Assembly (NCBI GenBank): GCA_051971635.1
Contig: JBFPLN010000001.1
Location: 32,001 to 96,000 of the forward strand
Reading direction: 5' to 3'
Source: Candidatus Atelocyanobacterium thalassae
Lineage (GTDB): Bacteria; Cyanobacteriota; Cyanobacteriia; Cyanobacteriales; Microcystaceae
Length of the DNA: 64,000 nucleotides
Below, one piece after another: positions 11,716 through 23,064 of the stretch (positions are counted from its first letter, which is position 1; each line of letters starts with the position of its first letter). Position numbers and translations under genes: made by a program. Under the pieces are notes generated by a model. That model searched no databases and was not told the origin of the DNA. It was given only the letters and a program-made list of their open reading frames with translations.

Positions 11716-12954
11716 ATGGTTAATATAAACGAGAATTACCTTAAACTTAAAGCAGGATACCTTTTCCCTGAAATAACTAGAAGAGTTAATAACTTTTTAT
11801 CTACTAATCCTAATGCTGAACTAATCAAGCTTGGTATTGGAGATGTAACCGAACCTCTTCCAGAAGCTTGTGTAAAAGCTATGAAGAGTGCTGTAGAAGA
11901 TATGGGAGATCGTAGTAAATTTAAAGGTTATGGTCCAGAGCAAGGATATCAATGGTTAAGAGAGAAAATTGCATATTATGATTTTCAATTAAGAGGTTGT
12001 GATATTGATTTCTCAGAAATATTTATATCAGATGGGTCAAAATGTGATACAGGTAATATTCTTGATATCTTTGGTCAAAATAATAGAATTGCAATTACAG
12101 ATCCTGTTTATCCAGTCTATGTAGACACAAATGTAATGGCTGGTAATACTGGTCATATGAATACAGACAATAAATACAGTAATCTTGTTTATCTTCCTAT
12201 TAAGGAAGATAATGATTTTGTTGCTGATATCCCTGATACTAAAGTAGATTTAATTTATCTTTGTTTCCCTAATAATCCAACCGGTGCCGTTGCTCATAAA
12301 GAATATTTAAAATCTTGGGTTGATTATGCACAAGCTAATAATTCAATAATTCTTTTTGATGCAGCATATGAAGCTTTTATTACAGAAAAAACTCTTCCTC
12401 ATTCTATTTATGAAATAGAAGGGGCTAAAAATTGTGCTATAGAATTCCGCTCTTTTTCTAAAAATGCTGGTTTTACAGGTACTCGTTGTGCATTTACGGT
12501 AGTTCCAAAAACTTTAATTGCTAACACAGAAAATGGTTCTAAAGTAAAGCTTTGGGAAATGTGGAATCGTCGTCAATCTACTAAGTTTAATGGTGTATCT
12601 TATATCATTCAAAGAGGAGCAGAAGCTGTTTACTCTGAAGAAGGAAAAATGCAAGTTAATAATTTAGTGAAATTTTATCTTGAAAATGCACAAATAATAC
12701 GTCAACAGCTAAGCACCACGAAATTAAGCAAAATTTATGGTGGTATTAATTCACCTTACATATGGCTAAAAACTCCAGAAAATATCTCTAGCTGGGAATT
12801 TTTTGATGAACTACTACAAACAGTAAATATTGTTGGAACTCCAGGTTCTGGCTTTGGTTCAGCAGGAGAGGGCTATTTTCGTATTTCAGCTTTCAATAGT
12901 AGAGAAAATATTGAAAAAGCAATGAAACGTATAAAAAAATACTATAAAGTTTAA
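11716..12954 (+). CDS. dapL: LL-diaminopimelate aminotransferase
   Basis: [41 protein letters not shown] (PLP lysine). Confidence 0.96.
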   Translation: MVNINENYLKLKAGYLFPEITRRVNNFLSTNPNAELIKLGIGDVTEPLPEACVKAMKSAVEDMGDRSKFKGYGPEQGYQWLREKIAYYDFQLRGCDIDFSEIFISDGSKCDTGNILDIFGQNNRIAITDPVYPVYVDTNVMAGNTGHMNTDNKYSNLVYLPIKEDNDFVADIPDTKVDLIYLCFPNNPTGAVAHKEYLKSWVDYAQANNSIILFDAAYEAFITEKTLPHSIYEIEGAKNCAIEFRSFSKNAGFTGTRCAFTVVPKTLIANTENGSKVKLWEMWNRRQSTKFNGVSYIIQRGAEAVYSEEGKMQVNNLVKFYLENAQIIRQQLSTTKLSKIYGGINSPYIWLKTPENISSWEFFDELLQTVNIVGTPGSGFGSAGEGYFRISAFNSRENIEKAMKRIKKYYKV

Positions 12955-13021
12955 TTTTTAAAAGAATAATATTTTAGAATCTATATCAATAACCAAAAAT
13001 ATTAGATGTTTTTGGATTAAC

Positions 13022-13807
13022 TTATACTTTAAATAAAATTCGTTTCTTGATATAGATTCCTACTAAAGTTATTAAAGCTATGCAAATAAAACCTATTCCT
13101 AGGTAATTAGGAGTCCAAAAAACTGTCTCAATTCTATTTATTTTTCCTGCTTGAAGCTTCCAACCAATTTTTTGCTCTTCTTTATTAAAGCTATCGTTAA
13201 GTTTATTATTTTCTTGAGTATTTTTAATATTCCAAGGAGAGATTAACGTAAATTCTAAATCTGCCAAAGAATTTGAATTAATTAATTTATTTCCTTTCTT
13301 AGATAATATCTCTAAGTCACGTAGATCAATTTCAATACTCAAATTATTATATTCTGCCAATAAAAAGTTATGTTTTTTAATTGACATCTGTGTTTCTAAA
13401 TGAGCTATGTTAGGAGCTTCATCTTCAATGCTAGAAGTTATAAAAGATCTGTTAGGGTTAAAGAAAAAATTAAATTTTTCTACCAAATCAGGACTACTAT
13501 TGAAAGGAATAGTTAATAACAACTCATTCTTAGAGAGCCTTTTAACTTTTCCATTTAATTTTTTTGTACGATTTTCTAAGCTCTTGAACCATTTATTTAT
13601 CTCAACTGGACTAAACTTTAACAATTGTTCTGCTATGTTTATATGTTGAACAATTTCTCCGTGATGTTGATTATGAAAATTCACTCCGATATCATAATGA
13701 ACACATCCCGAAAGGAAAATTAATAGGTTAAATATAAGACAAAAGAATAGAGATTTTAAGCTTCTCACTTTATGTGTTGTTTTATACTTTTTATTGCAAG
13801 AATTCAT
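13022..13807 (-). CDS. DUF3153-like membrane-anchored lipoprotein
   Basis: LSGC lipobox followed by VHYDIGVNF; C-terminal WKLQAGKINRIETVFW and a TM helix. Confidence 0.7.
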   Translation of the reverse strand: MNSCNKKYKTTHKVRSLKSLFFCLIFNLLIFLSGCVHYDIGVNFHNQHHGEIVQHINIAEQLLKFSPVEINKWFKSLENRTKKLNGKVKRLSKNELLLTIPFNSSPDLVEKFNFFFNPNRSFITSSIEDEAPNIAHLETQMSIKKHNFLLAEYNNLSIEIDLRDLEILSKKGNKLINSNSLADLEFTLISPWNIKNTQENNKLNDSFNKEEQKIGWKLQAGKINRIETVFWTPNYLGIGFICIALITLVGIYIKKRILFKV

Positions 13808-13840
13808 ACCTTTTTACTTATCCTAAAATTTTTATTGTTA

Positions 13841-16093
13841 TCAATCTTCATCCCAATCATTGCCATTTACTGAACTTCCTCCCCCGACAGTAACTAAATC
13901 AATTTGTTGTCGATAATAATCAACACTTTTGACTTCGACTTCAACTTCATCTCCTAATCGATAAGCTATATGGTTTTTTCGTCCTACTAGACATCCGTGA
14001 CGAGAACGATATTCATACCAATCATCTTTGAGAGAACTAACATGAACCAATCCTTCTACTAATAAATGTTCAATTTCAACAAAAAATCCATAAGACTGAA
14101 CACCTGTAATTAGTCCCTGAAATACTTTGCCTGTTTGTTTTTTCATTTTTTCCGCTTTTTTTAATCCCTCAAGATCTTTTTCTGCATCTTCAGCGGTTTT
14201 TTCTTGGTCATTTAGATGAGTGACTAAAAAGCGAAGATCTTCTTCTAATTCTTCTTGAATTATTGGAGGTAAAACATTCCACGTAATGCTACCATGACAC
14301 TTACTACTATAAAGGTCGACCCCTGTTTTTGTTTGCTTAGTTCTGCGATCTCTACCATCACTAAAAACTAACTTCAATATCCGTTGAATTAATAAATCAA
14401 CATATCGCTTACCTGGAGATATACAATGACTATAGGAGTCATTATACGCTAAACCAAAATGAGAACCTGGATGACTATTATATCTAGAAGATTTTAGAGT
14501 CCCATGAAGTAGATAGTTAAGAACATTAACATGAGAAGACTTATTCAATAGTTGAGTCAAATTATAATAATCTTGTGGAATAATCTCTTCATCATATTGA
14601 AGATTAAATTCAATACCTAGATTTTGAACCAACTTTAATAAATCTTCTAATTCTTCCCAATCAGGTTCCGGTTGAGTACAATAAATGCCTGGTACTCCTA
14701 AAGCATTAATATGGGTGGCTACAACTTTATTTGTTAAAATTAACAACTCGGTTAATAAAGAACGAATAGGTGTTTTAGATGAAGCCATAATAGTTCCAAT
14801 TCTACCTTCATCTTGATAGGGTAATTTAGGCTCTAATTGTAACTCAAACCCTCCTCTTTGAAGCCTTTGAGCTTTAATCAGAGGACTCACAGTAAAAAAT
14901 AAGTTTTGGAGTTTTTCAATTAAACTTTTTTGTTTATCATGAACTTTATTTGGATCTGCTAAAAGCTCTTGTGTTTTCTGATATGTTAACTGATAGTCAA
15001 TATTAATAATTGTAGGTTTAATTGAAAATTCTAAAAGTTGGCCACCTCTATCAAAAGTCATAATTACAGAAACTGTAAGAGAATCTTTATTTGGCTTCAG
15101 AGAATAATTTTCTGTAATAGATTCTGGCAACATGGGTAAGACTTTTTCTCCAAGATAGAATGTCGTACCACGTTTCTTAGCTATTTTATCAAGAGAGGAA
15201 CCCGATTGAATATAATGGGCTATATCTAGAATATGGACTCCTAGCTGTAAGTGATTATCCTCTGTCTCTTCCAGAGTAAAAGCAGTTTCTATGAAGGGAT
15301 GGCAATCTCTAATTACATCTTCTGTAAAAGTAAAAGATGTTACACTCCTCCAATCGGAACGTTGCTCTAACTCCTTAATTTCAATTTTTTTAGGCAATTC
15401 CTCGGCTAACTTTAATTCATTTTCTGTAAAATTTTGCGGCAAGTCATGTTTACAGCAAACAATATCAGTATCTGCTGCTGCCTCTGCATCACTACCTAAA
15501 ACACGAGTAACTTTCCCTACAGGGGGATGCTCCCCAATAGGATAGCGAACTACAGAAACATGAACTAGATGATCTACAGCCTTTTCTAAGCTACTTCCTT
15601 CTTCTGCAAGTGATAATTCAAATAATAAGCGATCATCTAAAGGAATAGCATGATAATTCTGATTATCTTTCTTGACTTGAGCTAATAAGGATGGGTTAGA
15701 ACGTTCTAAAATTAACTTTACTTCACCTTCTGGTGAACGTCGACGAGTTCCTTCTTTGATTATCTTAACTAGCACTCGATCTCCATTCCAAGCATTACTT
15801 AAATGAGCTTCTCTTACGTAGATATCTTCTTCATCTTCATTATCTTGGATAGCAAAACAAAATCCTTTACTCGAACAACGTAATTTAGCTTGAACAAGGT
15901 TATCTTCAAGAATACGGCGATATTTACCTCGTTCTTTTTCTAAAATGCCTACCAGTTCTAAGGTGTCAAGTATCGCTTGTAACTGTTGTATACTTGTGTT
16001 ATCTTCACACCCTAATTTTTTTTCTAAATGTTTGGCCGCCACCAATTTGTTATCACTGAAGTAGGATAAAAGTGTAGCGATTGAAAATTCCAT
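13841..16093 (-). CDS. RNase R/RNB family protein, cyanobacterial Zam type
   Basis: MEFSIATLL start, cold-shock domain LRCSSKGFCFA, RNB core (HFGLA), C-terminal S1 domain EGLVHVSSLKDDWY. Confidence 0.88.
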   Translation of the reverse strand: MEFSIATLLSYFSDNKLVAAKHLEKKLGCEDNTSIQQLQAILDTLELVGILEKERGKYRRILEDNLVQAKLRCSSKGFCFAIQDNEDEEDIYVREAHLSNAWNGDRVLVKIIKEGTRRRSPEGEVKLILERSNPSLLAQVKKDNQNYHAIPLDDRLLFELSLAEEGSSLEKAVDHLVHVSVVRYPIGEHPPVGKVTRVLGSDAEAAADTDIVCCKHDLPQNFTENELKLAEELPKKIEIKELEQRSDWRSVTSFTFTEDVIRDCHPFIETAFTLEETEDNHLQLGVHILDIAHYIQSGSSLDKIAKKRGTTFYLGEKVLPMLPESITENYSLKPNKDSLTVSVIMTFDRGGQLLEFSIKPTIINIDYQLTYQKTQELLADPNKVHDKQKSLIEKLQNLFFTVSPLIKAQRLQRGGFELQLEPKLPYQDEGRIGTIMASSKTPIRSLLTELLILTNKVVATHINALGVPGIYCTQPEPDWEELEDLLKLVQNLGIEFNLQYDEEIIPQDYYNLTQLLNKSSHVNVLNYLLHGTLKSSRYNSHPGSHFGLAYNDSYSHCISPGKRYVDLLIQRILKLVFSDGRDRRTKQTKTGVDLYSSKCHGSITWNVLPPIIQEELEEDLRFLVTHLNDQEKTAEDAEKDLEGLKKAEKMKKQTGKVFQGLITGVQSYGFFVEIEHLLVEGLVHVSSLKDDWYEYRSRHGCLVGRKNHIAYRLGDEVEVEVKSVDYYRQQIDLVTVGGGSSVNGNDWDED

Positions 16094-17071
16094 CTATAAT
16101 AGTCCTTTCTAAAATGTTAAGTGAATCTAAATTAATCTAAAAAAATGAAAAGATAAGCGTTAAATTAAATCTAATAGTGGATAAGTGTTTTACTTAAAAA
16201 CATATTCTAGGTTCTAGAGATAGTTATTTAGGCATTAGGGATACTTTTCCTTCTATAGATTAAAAATACCTTAGAAAACATTTGATGTTGTGTTGGAGAA
16301 ATATGCTTCTAAAGCAAACAAGAAATTTCTTTTCATAAGGAATAACTCTTGTTAGAAACTAAGTTTATTGAAAATTAGAAAAATTAATTAGTTAATTTAC
16401 TTTTCTATATAAATATATCCAGCTTACTATTTTAACAATAGAAGTGACATTCTGAGCTCAGAAGCAAGGAAAATAAAATAAATTAGTTATTGATACGTAC
16501 AAAGTAGTATATAACTGTAAGTATTTTTAAATAGTTTTTTGAGTCAAAATTTCACGTTGCTGAAGCAAAAAGTTAATGACCAATGGCTAGGAGGAGTACT
16601 ATCATCGGATATATTTAGAACTCTATTATAATCAATAAAAAGGTTTCTATCAAATTTTCTCTAGATATATAGACACAATGAAATTCGATATTTTTTATTA
16701 ATTTAATAAAAATTCATCATAAATAATAAATTATGAATTGTAGGTAATACTATTGGTAATAATAATATTCTAAAAAAATAATATTCTCTAGCTATAAAAT
16801 TAAAATTTCATATTCATTTTTTTAATTTCATAACTAGACAATTTTGATAAAAAATATTATGTTTATATTGCTCATTTCGAATTTTATATAGTTATTATAT
16901 ATCTAAAAAATATCCTAGGAAGTTAAATTTAGTGTTGTACTTATAGTCCTTGCAAAGCTAGGCTTTCATAATTTTATATATTTTGCTTGTTTTATTTTTT
17001 TACGGATACAAGCTTATTTAATTTCAATATTGCAACTAGCATAGATCTTAATTAATCTTTGTTAATTAAGA

Positions 17072-18031
17072 TCATTTTTTTATAATATAATCACCGCTAA
17101 CTTCCAAAATAAATTGAATAGATAACGAAGATGTCTGTGAACCATGAGAAGAATTAATTAGTTTGACTCCTTCTTCTACTTGTTCGAAATTAGGAGCTTT
17201 TAAATTATTATATTGTAAAAACATGCGAACAACTCTTCTCTGCAATGCCAAAGGGATTTTTTGTAGTAATTTTTTTTTAAGCTGAGTTTTTTTTTCGTCT
17301 GTGACTAGCTTTAGAATTTTCTGAGCTTCTTTTTCTAAATAATCAGATTCTGCTTTTAAGACTTTAGATGTTTGATACAGAGTCTTTTCGACCTGAGGGT
17401 TGAAATTTAACTTCAAGTAAGGTACTAGTTGTTTACGAATTCTATTACGTGCATAATTAAGATTAGTATTAACTTCGTCTTCCCAGACCGGTAAATTAAA
17501 CTGTTTACAAAAGAATAATGTCTCAGTACGGGAAATATTCAATAAAGGACGTATTAAGTTAACTGAGTTTGTTAAAGCACGTGTCCATGTGAGTACACTT
17601 AAACCATGACTTCCTGCACCTCTAATTAAATTATATAGTACTGTCTCAGCTAAATCACCTGAGGTGTGACCTGTCACTATCTCAGTAAAATTATTTTTTT
17701 CTGCAATTTCTAGTAATGCTTTATAACGCCATTCTCTAGCTACTGATTCAGTAGCTTTTAGTATCTGTGTTTGTTTCAAATAAAAATTAATATTCCATTT
17801 TTCAGATATCTTTTTAACATGATCTGAAATACCTGTATCAGACAGCCAACCATGGTCACAGTGAGCAACAGCAACTTCCCAGTGCCACTTTGATCGAAGA
17901 TCCATAATTAACCTAAGTAAACAAAGCGAGTCTTGCCCTCCTGATACTGCAACCAATATACGCTTTCTAGGAGGCAGGATTAAATTTTTTTGAAGAGTTT
18001 TATTCACCCTCGTATGAAGTGATGTCCACAT
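17072..18031 (-). CDS. tilS: tRNA(Ile)-lysidine synthetase
   Basis: PP-loop VAVSGGQDS, TGHT, RPLL, RNRIR. Confidence 0.95.
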   Translation of the reverse strand: MWTSLHTRVNKTLQKNLILPPRKRILVAVSGGQDSLCLLRLIMDLRSKWHWEVAVAHCDHGWLSDTGISDHVKKISEKWNINFYLKQTQILKATESVAREWRYKALLEIAEKNNFTEIVTGHTSGDLAETVLYNLIRGAGSHGLSVLTWTRALTNSVNLIRPLLNISRTETLFFCKQFNLPVWEDEVNTNLNYARNRIRKQLVPYLKLNFNPQVEKTLYQTSKVLKAESDYLEKEAQKILKLVTDEKKTQLKKKLLQKIPLALQRRVVRMFLQYNNLKAPNFEQVEEGVKLINSSHGSQTSSLSIQFILEVSGDYIIKK

Positions 18032-18176
18032 TAAATGTTTTGTACTTTACTGGTTAATATATAAAACAATAACAACTGAACATGAAAATTGTTTAATAAT
18101 AGTTTTTAATATAAGAATTTATATTAAATTAGATTTTCAGATAAAGCAGAGAATTTTATTTAACCGATATTTTGTT

Positions 18177-19184
18177 CTATAAAAACCAACCATAAGAATG
18201 TAAACCATTTCCTAAAAGATTTACTCCTAGATAGCATATCCAAACAACTACAAAACCTCCTGCTGCAAGAATTGCAGGCTTCCTACCTTGCCAATCTTTG
18301 GTAATCCTGGCATGTAAATAAGCAGCGAATACTAACCAAGTAATCAAAGCCCAAGTTTCTTTTGGATCCCAACTCCAATAAGAGCCCCAAGCTTCATTAG
18401 CCCATACTGCTCCAGCAATTATACCAATAGTCAATAATGGAAACCCTAAACCTATAATTCGATAACTAAGATTATCTAAGTTATCTGCTAAATTAAGATA
18501 CTGAGGAGAAAGGTTAGCTTTTATATTATGTGTGTCATTCGTATTGAAGAAGTTTTTTGAATGATCATTATTATGAGATTTCTTAGTCTGTTTAATCAAA
18601 TATTTATCATCATTGGAAGATTGTTCTAATGAGTTACTTCGGTAGCTTCCTGTTCCGACAGAACTACCGCGAAGATTAATATCTTGATTTCTAGTAATAA
18701 TTAAAAAAGCAATAGCCATTATAGACCCTACCATTAAGGCAGAGTAGCTCAACATCATGACGCTAACATGCATCATTAACCAATTAGATTTAAGAGCAGG
18801 AACAAGAGGAGAAGAAACTCTCATATCTGGTGGTAAAGATATTGTGGCAAAGGCTGTAATTGCCATAGCTATGGGAGTTATTACTACTCCTATCAACGAT
18901 ATACTTAACAGTGATTCAACTATCAGGTAAGTAGTTATGATACCCCAAGCTAAGAAGAAAAGTGATTCATACAAATTACTCAAAGGAAAATATCCTCCTT
19001 CTATCCACCTTGCTCCTAATAGAGTTGCTATTGATAAATTTGCTATTATGCCTCCAGTAGTCCCTAAAACAGGAAACCAGGTCAAAACAGGAAAAGCTGC
19101 TCCTATCCAATAAATCAACATCGTTAATAACAGAACAAAAAACGACGCATTATCTAAAAAATTCTCTAAAATTACTAAGTCCAT
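18177..19184 (-). CDS. ccsA: Cytochrome c biogenesis protein (system II), CcsA/CcsB
   Basis: WWD domain [30 protein letters not shown]. Confidence 0.96.
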   Translation of the reverse strand: MDLVILENFLDNASFFVLLLTMLIYWIGAAFPVLTWFPVLGTTGGIIANLSIATLLGARWIEGGYFPLSNLYESLFFLAWGIITTYLIVESLLSISLIGVVITPIAMAITAFATISLPPDMRVSSPLVPALKSNWLMMHVSVMMLSYSALMVGSIMAIAFLIITRNQDINLRGSSVGTGSYRSNSLEQSSNDDKYLIKQTKKSHNNDHSKNFFNTNDTHNIKANLSPQYLNLADNLDNLSYRIIGLGFPLLTIGIIAGAVWANEAWGSYWSWDPKETWALITWLVFAAYLHARITKDWQGRKPAILAAGGFVVVWICYLGVNLLGNGLHSYGWFL

Positions 19185-19612
19185 AAATTATTTGATCTCC
19201 AACATTTTATTAACTCATTTTCTTATTTTATTGTAAGTTATCTATACTTTCCCATATAGTAAAAATGTCAAGCCATTCAGCTAGATATAAATATCATTAT
19301 TGATTCATGCTTCTACCCAAATATATAAAATTTTATATGTAAGCTGTTTTTATCTATTTTGTTAGATTTCATGATAAGAAAGCTCTATTATTAGCATATA
19401 CTAATTGTGAGATCATCTAAATATAAAAAAGTAATACAGTATCAGGATTATTTCATCTCTAAATAAATTTTAAAGTGCAAATTGATTTTTTTTAAAGAAC
19501 GATACTTTTCTCAAAAAAAATTACTAAATACTAAATATTTCCGAAAATATTAGATTATTTAGCTTCTATACAAACGTAGTATGATAAATAATAGTCTAAA
19601 AATGCTAAATCA

Positions 19613-20662
19613 ATGATCATCAAACGTAGCAAGAAAAACCAAAATAAATCTGATGATACTTCTTTAAAAGAATATAAAAATGATACAGCAGACATTCAAA
19701 GAAAAGACTACCCAATAGATGATATTCGTCCAAGCTCTCTTAAAGAGTATATTGGACAAAAAGACTTAAAGAATATATTAGATATTATTATCAAAGCTGC
19801 TAAGTTACGAGACGAGCCAATCGATCATTTGCTTTTATATGGACCACCTGGACTCGGTAAAACAACTATATCCTTAGTATTAGCATCAGAAATGGGAGTT
19901 AATTGCAAAATAACTTCTGCACCATCTTTAGAAAAACCAAAAGATATAATTGGGCTTCTATTAAAGCTAAAGCCTGGAGATATCTTATTTATTGACGAGA
20001 TTCATCGACTTAACCATTTAACTGAAGAACTATTATATCCAGTCATGGAAGATTACCGTCTTGATATTACCCTTGGTAAAGGACAATCAACTAAGATAAG
20101 TAGTATCTCATTGCCAAAATTTACATTAATAGGAGCTACTACTAAAATTGGTAATGTGTCTTTCCCTCTACGGGACCGTTTTGGACTAGTTCAACGTTTA
20201 AAATATTATGAGTATCATGAATTAATTTTAATTATTAAGCGTAGTGCCATAGTTTTACATACTTTAATTACCCATGAAGGAGCAATTGAAATTGCTATTC
20301 GTTCCAGAGGAACTCCTAGGATTGCGAATCGATTATTAAGAAGAGTTCGTGATTATATACAGGTTAAAGGAATGAATCTTATTACCAAAGACTTAGCGAT
20401 AGACGCTTTAAATTTATACAAAATAGACTCCAAAGGATTAAATTGGACTGATCATTTGATCCTAGAAACTATGATTTTTCAATTTAACGGAGGGCCTGTT
20501 GGTTTAGACGCTATTGCTGCATCTACTGGAGAAGATATAAAGACTATTAAGCATGTTTATGAACCATATCTACTGCAAATTGGCTATATAAACCGTACAC
20601 CAAGAGGAAGAGTAGTTACAGAAGCAGCATATAAATATATGGAAACAATAGAAAGAAAATAA
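19613..20662 (+). CDS. ruvB: Holliday junction branch migration helicase
   Basis: [46 protein letters not shown]. Confidence 0.96.
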   Translation: MIIKRSKKNQNKSDDTSLKEYKNDTADIQRKDYPIDDIRPSSLKEYIGQKDLKNILDIIIKAAKLRDEPIDHLLLYGPPGLGKTTISLVLASEMGVNCKITSAPSLEKPKDIIGLLLKLKPGDILFIDEIHRLNHLTEELLYPVMEDYRLDITLGKGQSTKISSISLPKFTLIGATTKIGNVSFPLRDRFGLVQRLKYYEYHELILIIKRSAIVLHTLITHEGAIEIAIRSRGTPRIANRLLRRVRDYIQVKGMNLITKDLAIDALNLYKIDSKGLNWTDHLILETMIFQFNGGPVGLDAIAASTGEDIKTIKHVYEPYLLQIGYINRTPRGRVVTEAAYKYMETIERK

Positions 20663-21007
20663 ACATTGATATAAAAGCTGTATCTCGATTGCTAATATTT
20701 TTAATCAAATTTTTATAAAAATATGTGATTTTATAAACAAAAGGAATTATTACTCATTGCATAATTTTATTTAAAATATAAGCTTATAATCTGTGAAGCA
20801 CTGAATTTAATATTTAAATAAATCTCATTATGTTTCTTATTTATCAATAAAAGAAACACAATAAGACCCTTGCAAAGTAAAGTTTTAAAAATAAGAAAAG
20901 TGTATTACTACGAAAATAGCTGTTGAGTAGGCCTGTTAGCTTTGGTAACTAATTTTAGTAAATAATACCTTCTCGATATTTATAATTAACTCTATAGTTC
21001 TTAAAAG

Positions 21008-21943
21008 TTAACCATTCCATATTTTTTCTAATATTATCGATGGAGAAATATCAGCTAATTGTTTGCTAGAAGATTGAATTGCAATACAGCGATCATGCTT
21101 TATGGGAATTTTATGATTAGCATTAGTATCTGCAAATATAGCTATTGTATATGTTCCTATAGCTATACCTAATTGTAATGGAACACTATCAGTGCAGACT
21201 AAAAGATTAGCTCCAGCAATAATTGCAGCCAGTTTACCTAAATTGTTAGGGTTGATTATTTTAAGATTTTTGCAGTTCCCTAATATAGGCTTTGTCCACA
21301 TTTCATCTATGCTGTCTTGTAAGAGAACTATTGACAAAGAAGGTTCTTTTTTATGAATTGCATCAATGACCTGTACCCAGCTAGATGTTGGATATAGATT
21401 ATTTGTACCTCCATATATTAAGATATAACCATTTTCTTCTATCGATAAACGTTGTAACTCTTTTTCAGTCCAGTCTATATCATTTCTTGGAACAGCTATT
21501 TTTATAGAAGGACAGGAAGAGTGAATATCTAACTTCGAAAGCAAATCATGATATGTCTCTGCAGCATATTGCTCTTCATCTTGAACAATTGAATGTGATA
21601 GTAACCATGATGTTGATGTTTTATAACCAATACGCCAAGGAATATTGTTTGACCACAATAATAACTCTAAAAACCAATTTTTTTCAGCAGTTATAACAAT
21701 ATCATATCCTCTATCACGAATTACTCCAATTAAGTTCAGATAATCAGCAGATACATTACGATCTTGATAGTTAAAAATAAGAATCTCATTTACGTAGGGA
21801 CATATTCGATAAGCCGGTTTAGCTAGTGGCTCTACTAGAACATCGATAAGCGCATTAGGATATTTAATGTTAAGGCTTTCTAGGGTTGGGAAAAATAAAA
21901 GTTGTTCATTTATTCCTCCAGGAACTAAAGATAGTATTCGCAT
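21008..21943 (-). CDS. Glycosyltransferase family 9 (heptosyltransferase-like)
   Basis: MRILSLVPGGI..QLLFFP start; CTDSVPLQL motif in the C-terminal domain. Confidence 0.85.
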   Translation of the reverse strand: MRILSLVPGGINEQLLFFPTLESLNIKYPNALIDVLVEPLAKPAYRICPYVNEILIFNYQDRNVSADYLNLIGVIRDRGYDIVITAEKNWFLELLLWSNNIPWRIGYKTSTSWLLSHSIVQDEEQYAAETYHDLLSKLDIHSSCPSIKIAVPRNDIDWTEKELQRLSIEENGYILIYGGTNNLYPTSSWVQVIDAIHKKEPSLSIVLLQDSIDEMWTKPILGNCKNLKIINPNNLGKLAAIIAGANLLVCTDSVPLQLGIAIGTYTIAIFADTNANHKIPIKHDRCIAIQSSSKQLADISPSIILEKIWNG

Positions 21944-22244
21944 AGCTTATGTTTAAATTATGATGTTTATCCATCTAGATTACGACATAATAGTTCAACT
22001 TTAATAAAAAATTTTGAAAGCTGCCTTAATATCAAGAAATAAATTGCAATGGAATTGCGAGTAAATATTTTTATGTTAATTTTTAAAGGCTTGATGTGAC
22101 TTGGCTAAAAAGATAATGATAATTAAGATTAATGTAATATTTACATAATAAAGCTTGTTTTTATATGAAATTTAAATATTTTTAGAATATAGAAATTATT
22201 GAACAATCTTTTAGATATTTACTTTAGCTTTAGAGTTAAATAAA

Positions 22245-22811
22245 ATGAATAAAATTGCCCTATTTGGAACAAGTGCAGATCCTCCTACTGCCGGACATCA
22301 GTCAATTATTTCATGGTTATCATTTCACTATGATAAAGTAGGGGTCTGGGCCTCTAATAATCCTTTCAAGAAACATCAAACTTCTTTGTATCATCGAACA
22401 GCAATGCTGAGATTGTTAATTGAGAATATATATCCATATCGTTGTAATATTCACCTTTCCAAAAGTTTAAGTCACCATAAAAGCCTTATAAGTATTGCTA
22501 GAGCTAAAAATATTTGGGAAAGCCAAGCAAATTATACTTTAGTAATTGGTTCAGATCTGGTGAAGCAAATTTGTCAATGGTATCATGTCGAAAAATTATT
22601 TTCTGAAGTCTCTATTTTAATAGTTCTTCGTTCTGGTTATGTAGTTGACAAGCTAGATCTACAAACATTAAATAAATTAGGAGGAAAATATCAAATTGTT
22701 GATTTAAATGCTCCTGGCATCTCTTCTACTACTTATCGAAAATATAGAGATAAAAATGTACTAATTAAATCTATTCAAGATTACATTATAAAAAAACAAT
22801 TATATATATGA
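22245..22811 (+). CDS. nadD: Nicotinate-nucleotide adenylyltransferase
   Basis: FGTSADPPTAGH, VIGSD, ISST motifs. Confidence 0.92.
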   Translation: MNKIALFGTSADPPTAGHQSIISWLSFHYDKVGVWASNNPFKKHQTSLYHRTAMLRLLIENIYPYRCNIHLSKSLSHHKSLISIARAKNIWESQANYTLVIGSDLVKQICQWYHVEKLFSEVSILIVLRSGYVVDKLDLQTLNKLGGKYQIVDLNAPGISSTTYRKYRDKNVLIKSIQDYIIKKQLYI

Positions 22812-23064
22812 TATTTAACAGGTATAAATTAAATGACCTTTAAAAGCTTCATGGTCTTGAGCAAAGATATTATTATTTTTATAAAAAAACTATATCTTAA
22901 AATATAAGTATTAAAAAAAACAAAATAGTTAAATGTAATTCTAATAAATAAATTATTACTAGAGTTATATTTTATACCTAATATTATTGAATAATATTTA
23001 AATTCATATCGATTGACACCAACTATTTAATTTTTTATAAAACCAACATTTAAACTAACCAACT

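Noticed and set aside
16094..17071. Possible pseudogene (for example ubiX) upstream of the Zam-like gene
   Set aside because: Partial manual translation gave no recognisable motif. It is probably a scar but cannot be identified without an alignment.
20831..20858. Imperfect hairpin between the convergent ruvB and GT9 genes
   Set aside because: Short AT-rich stem; at most an ordinary terminator.
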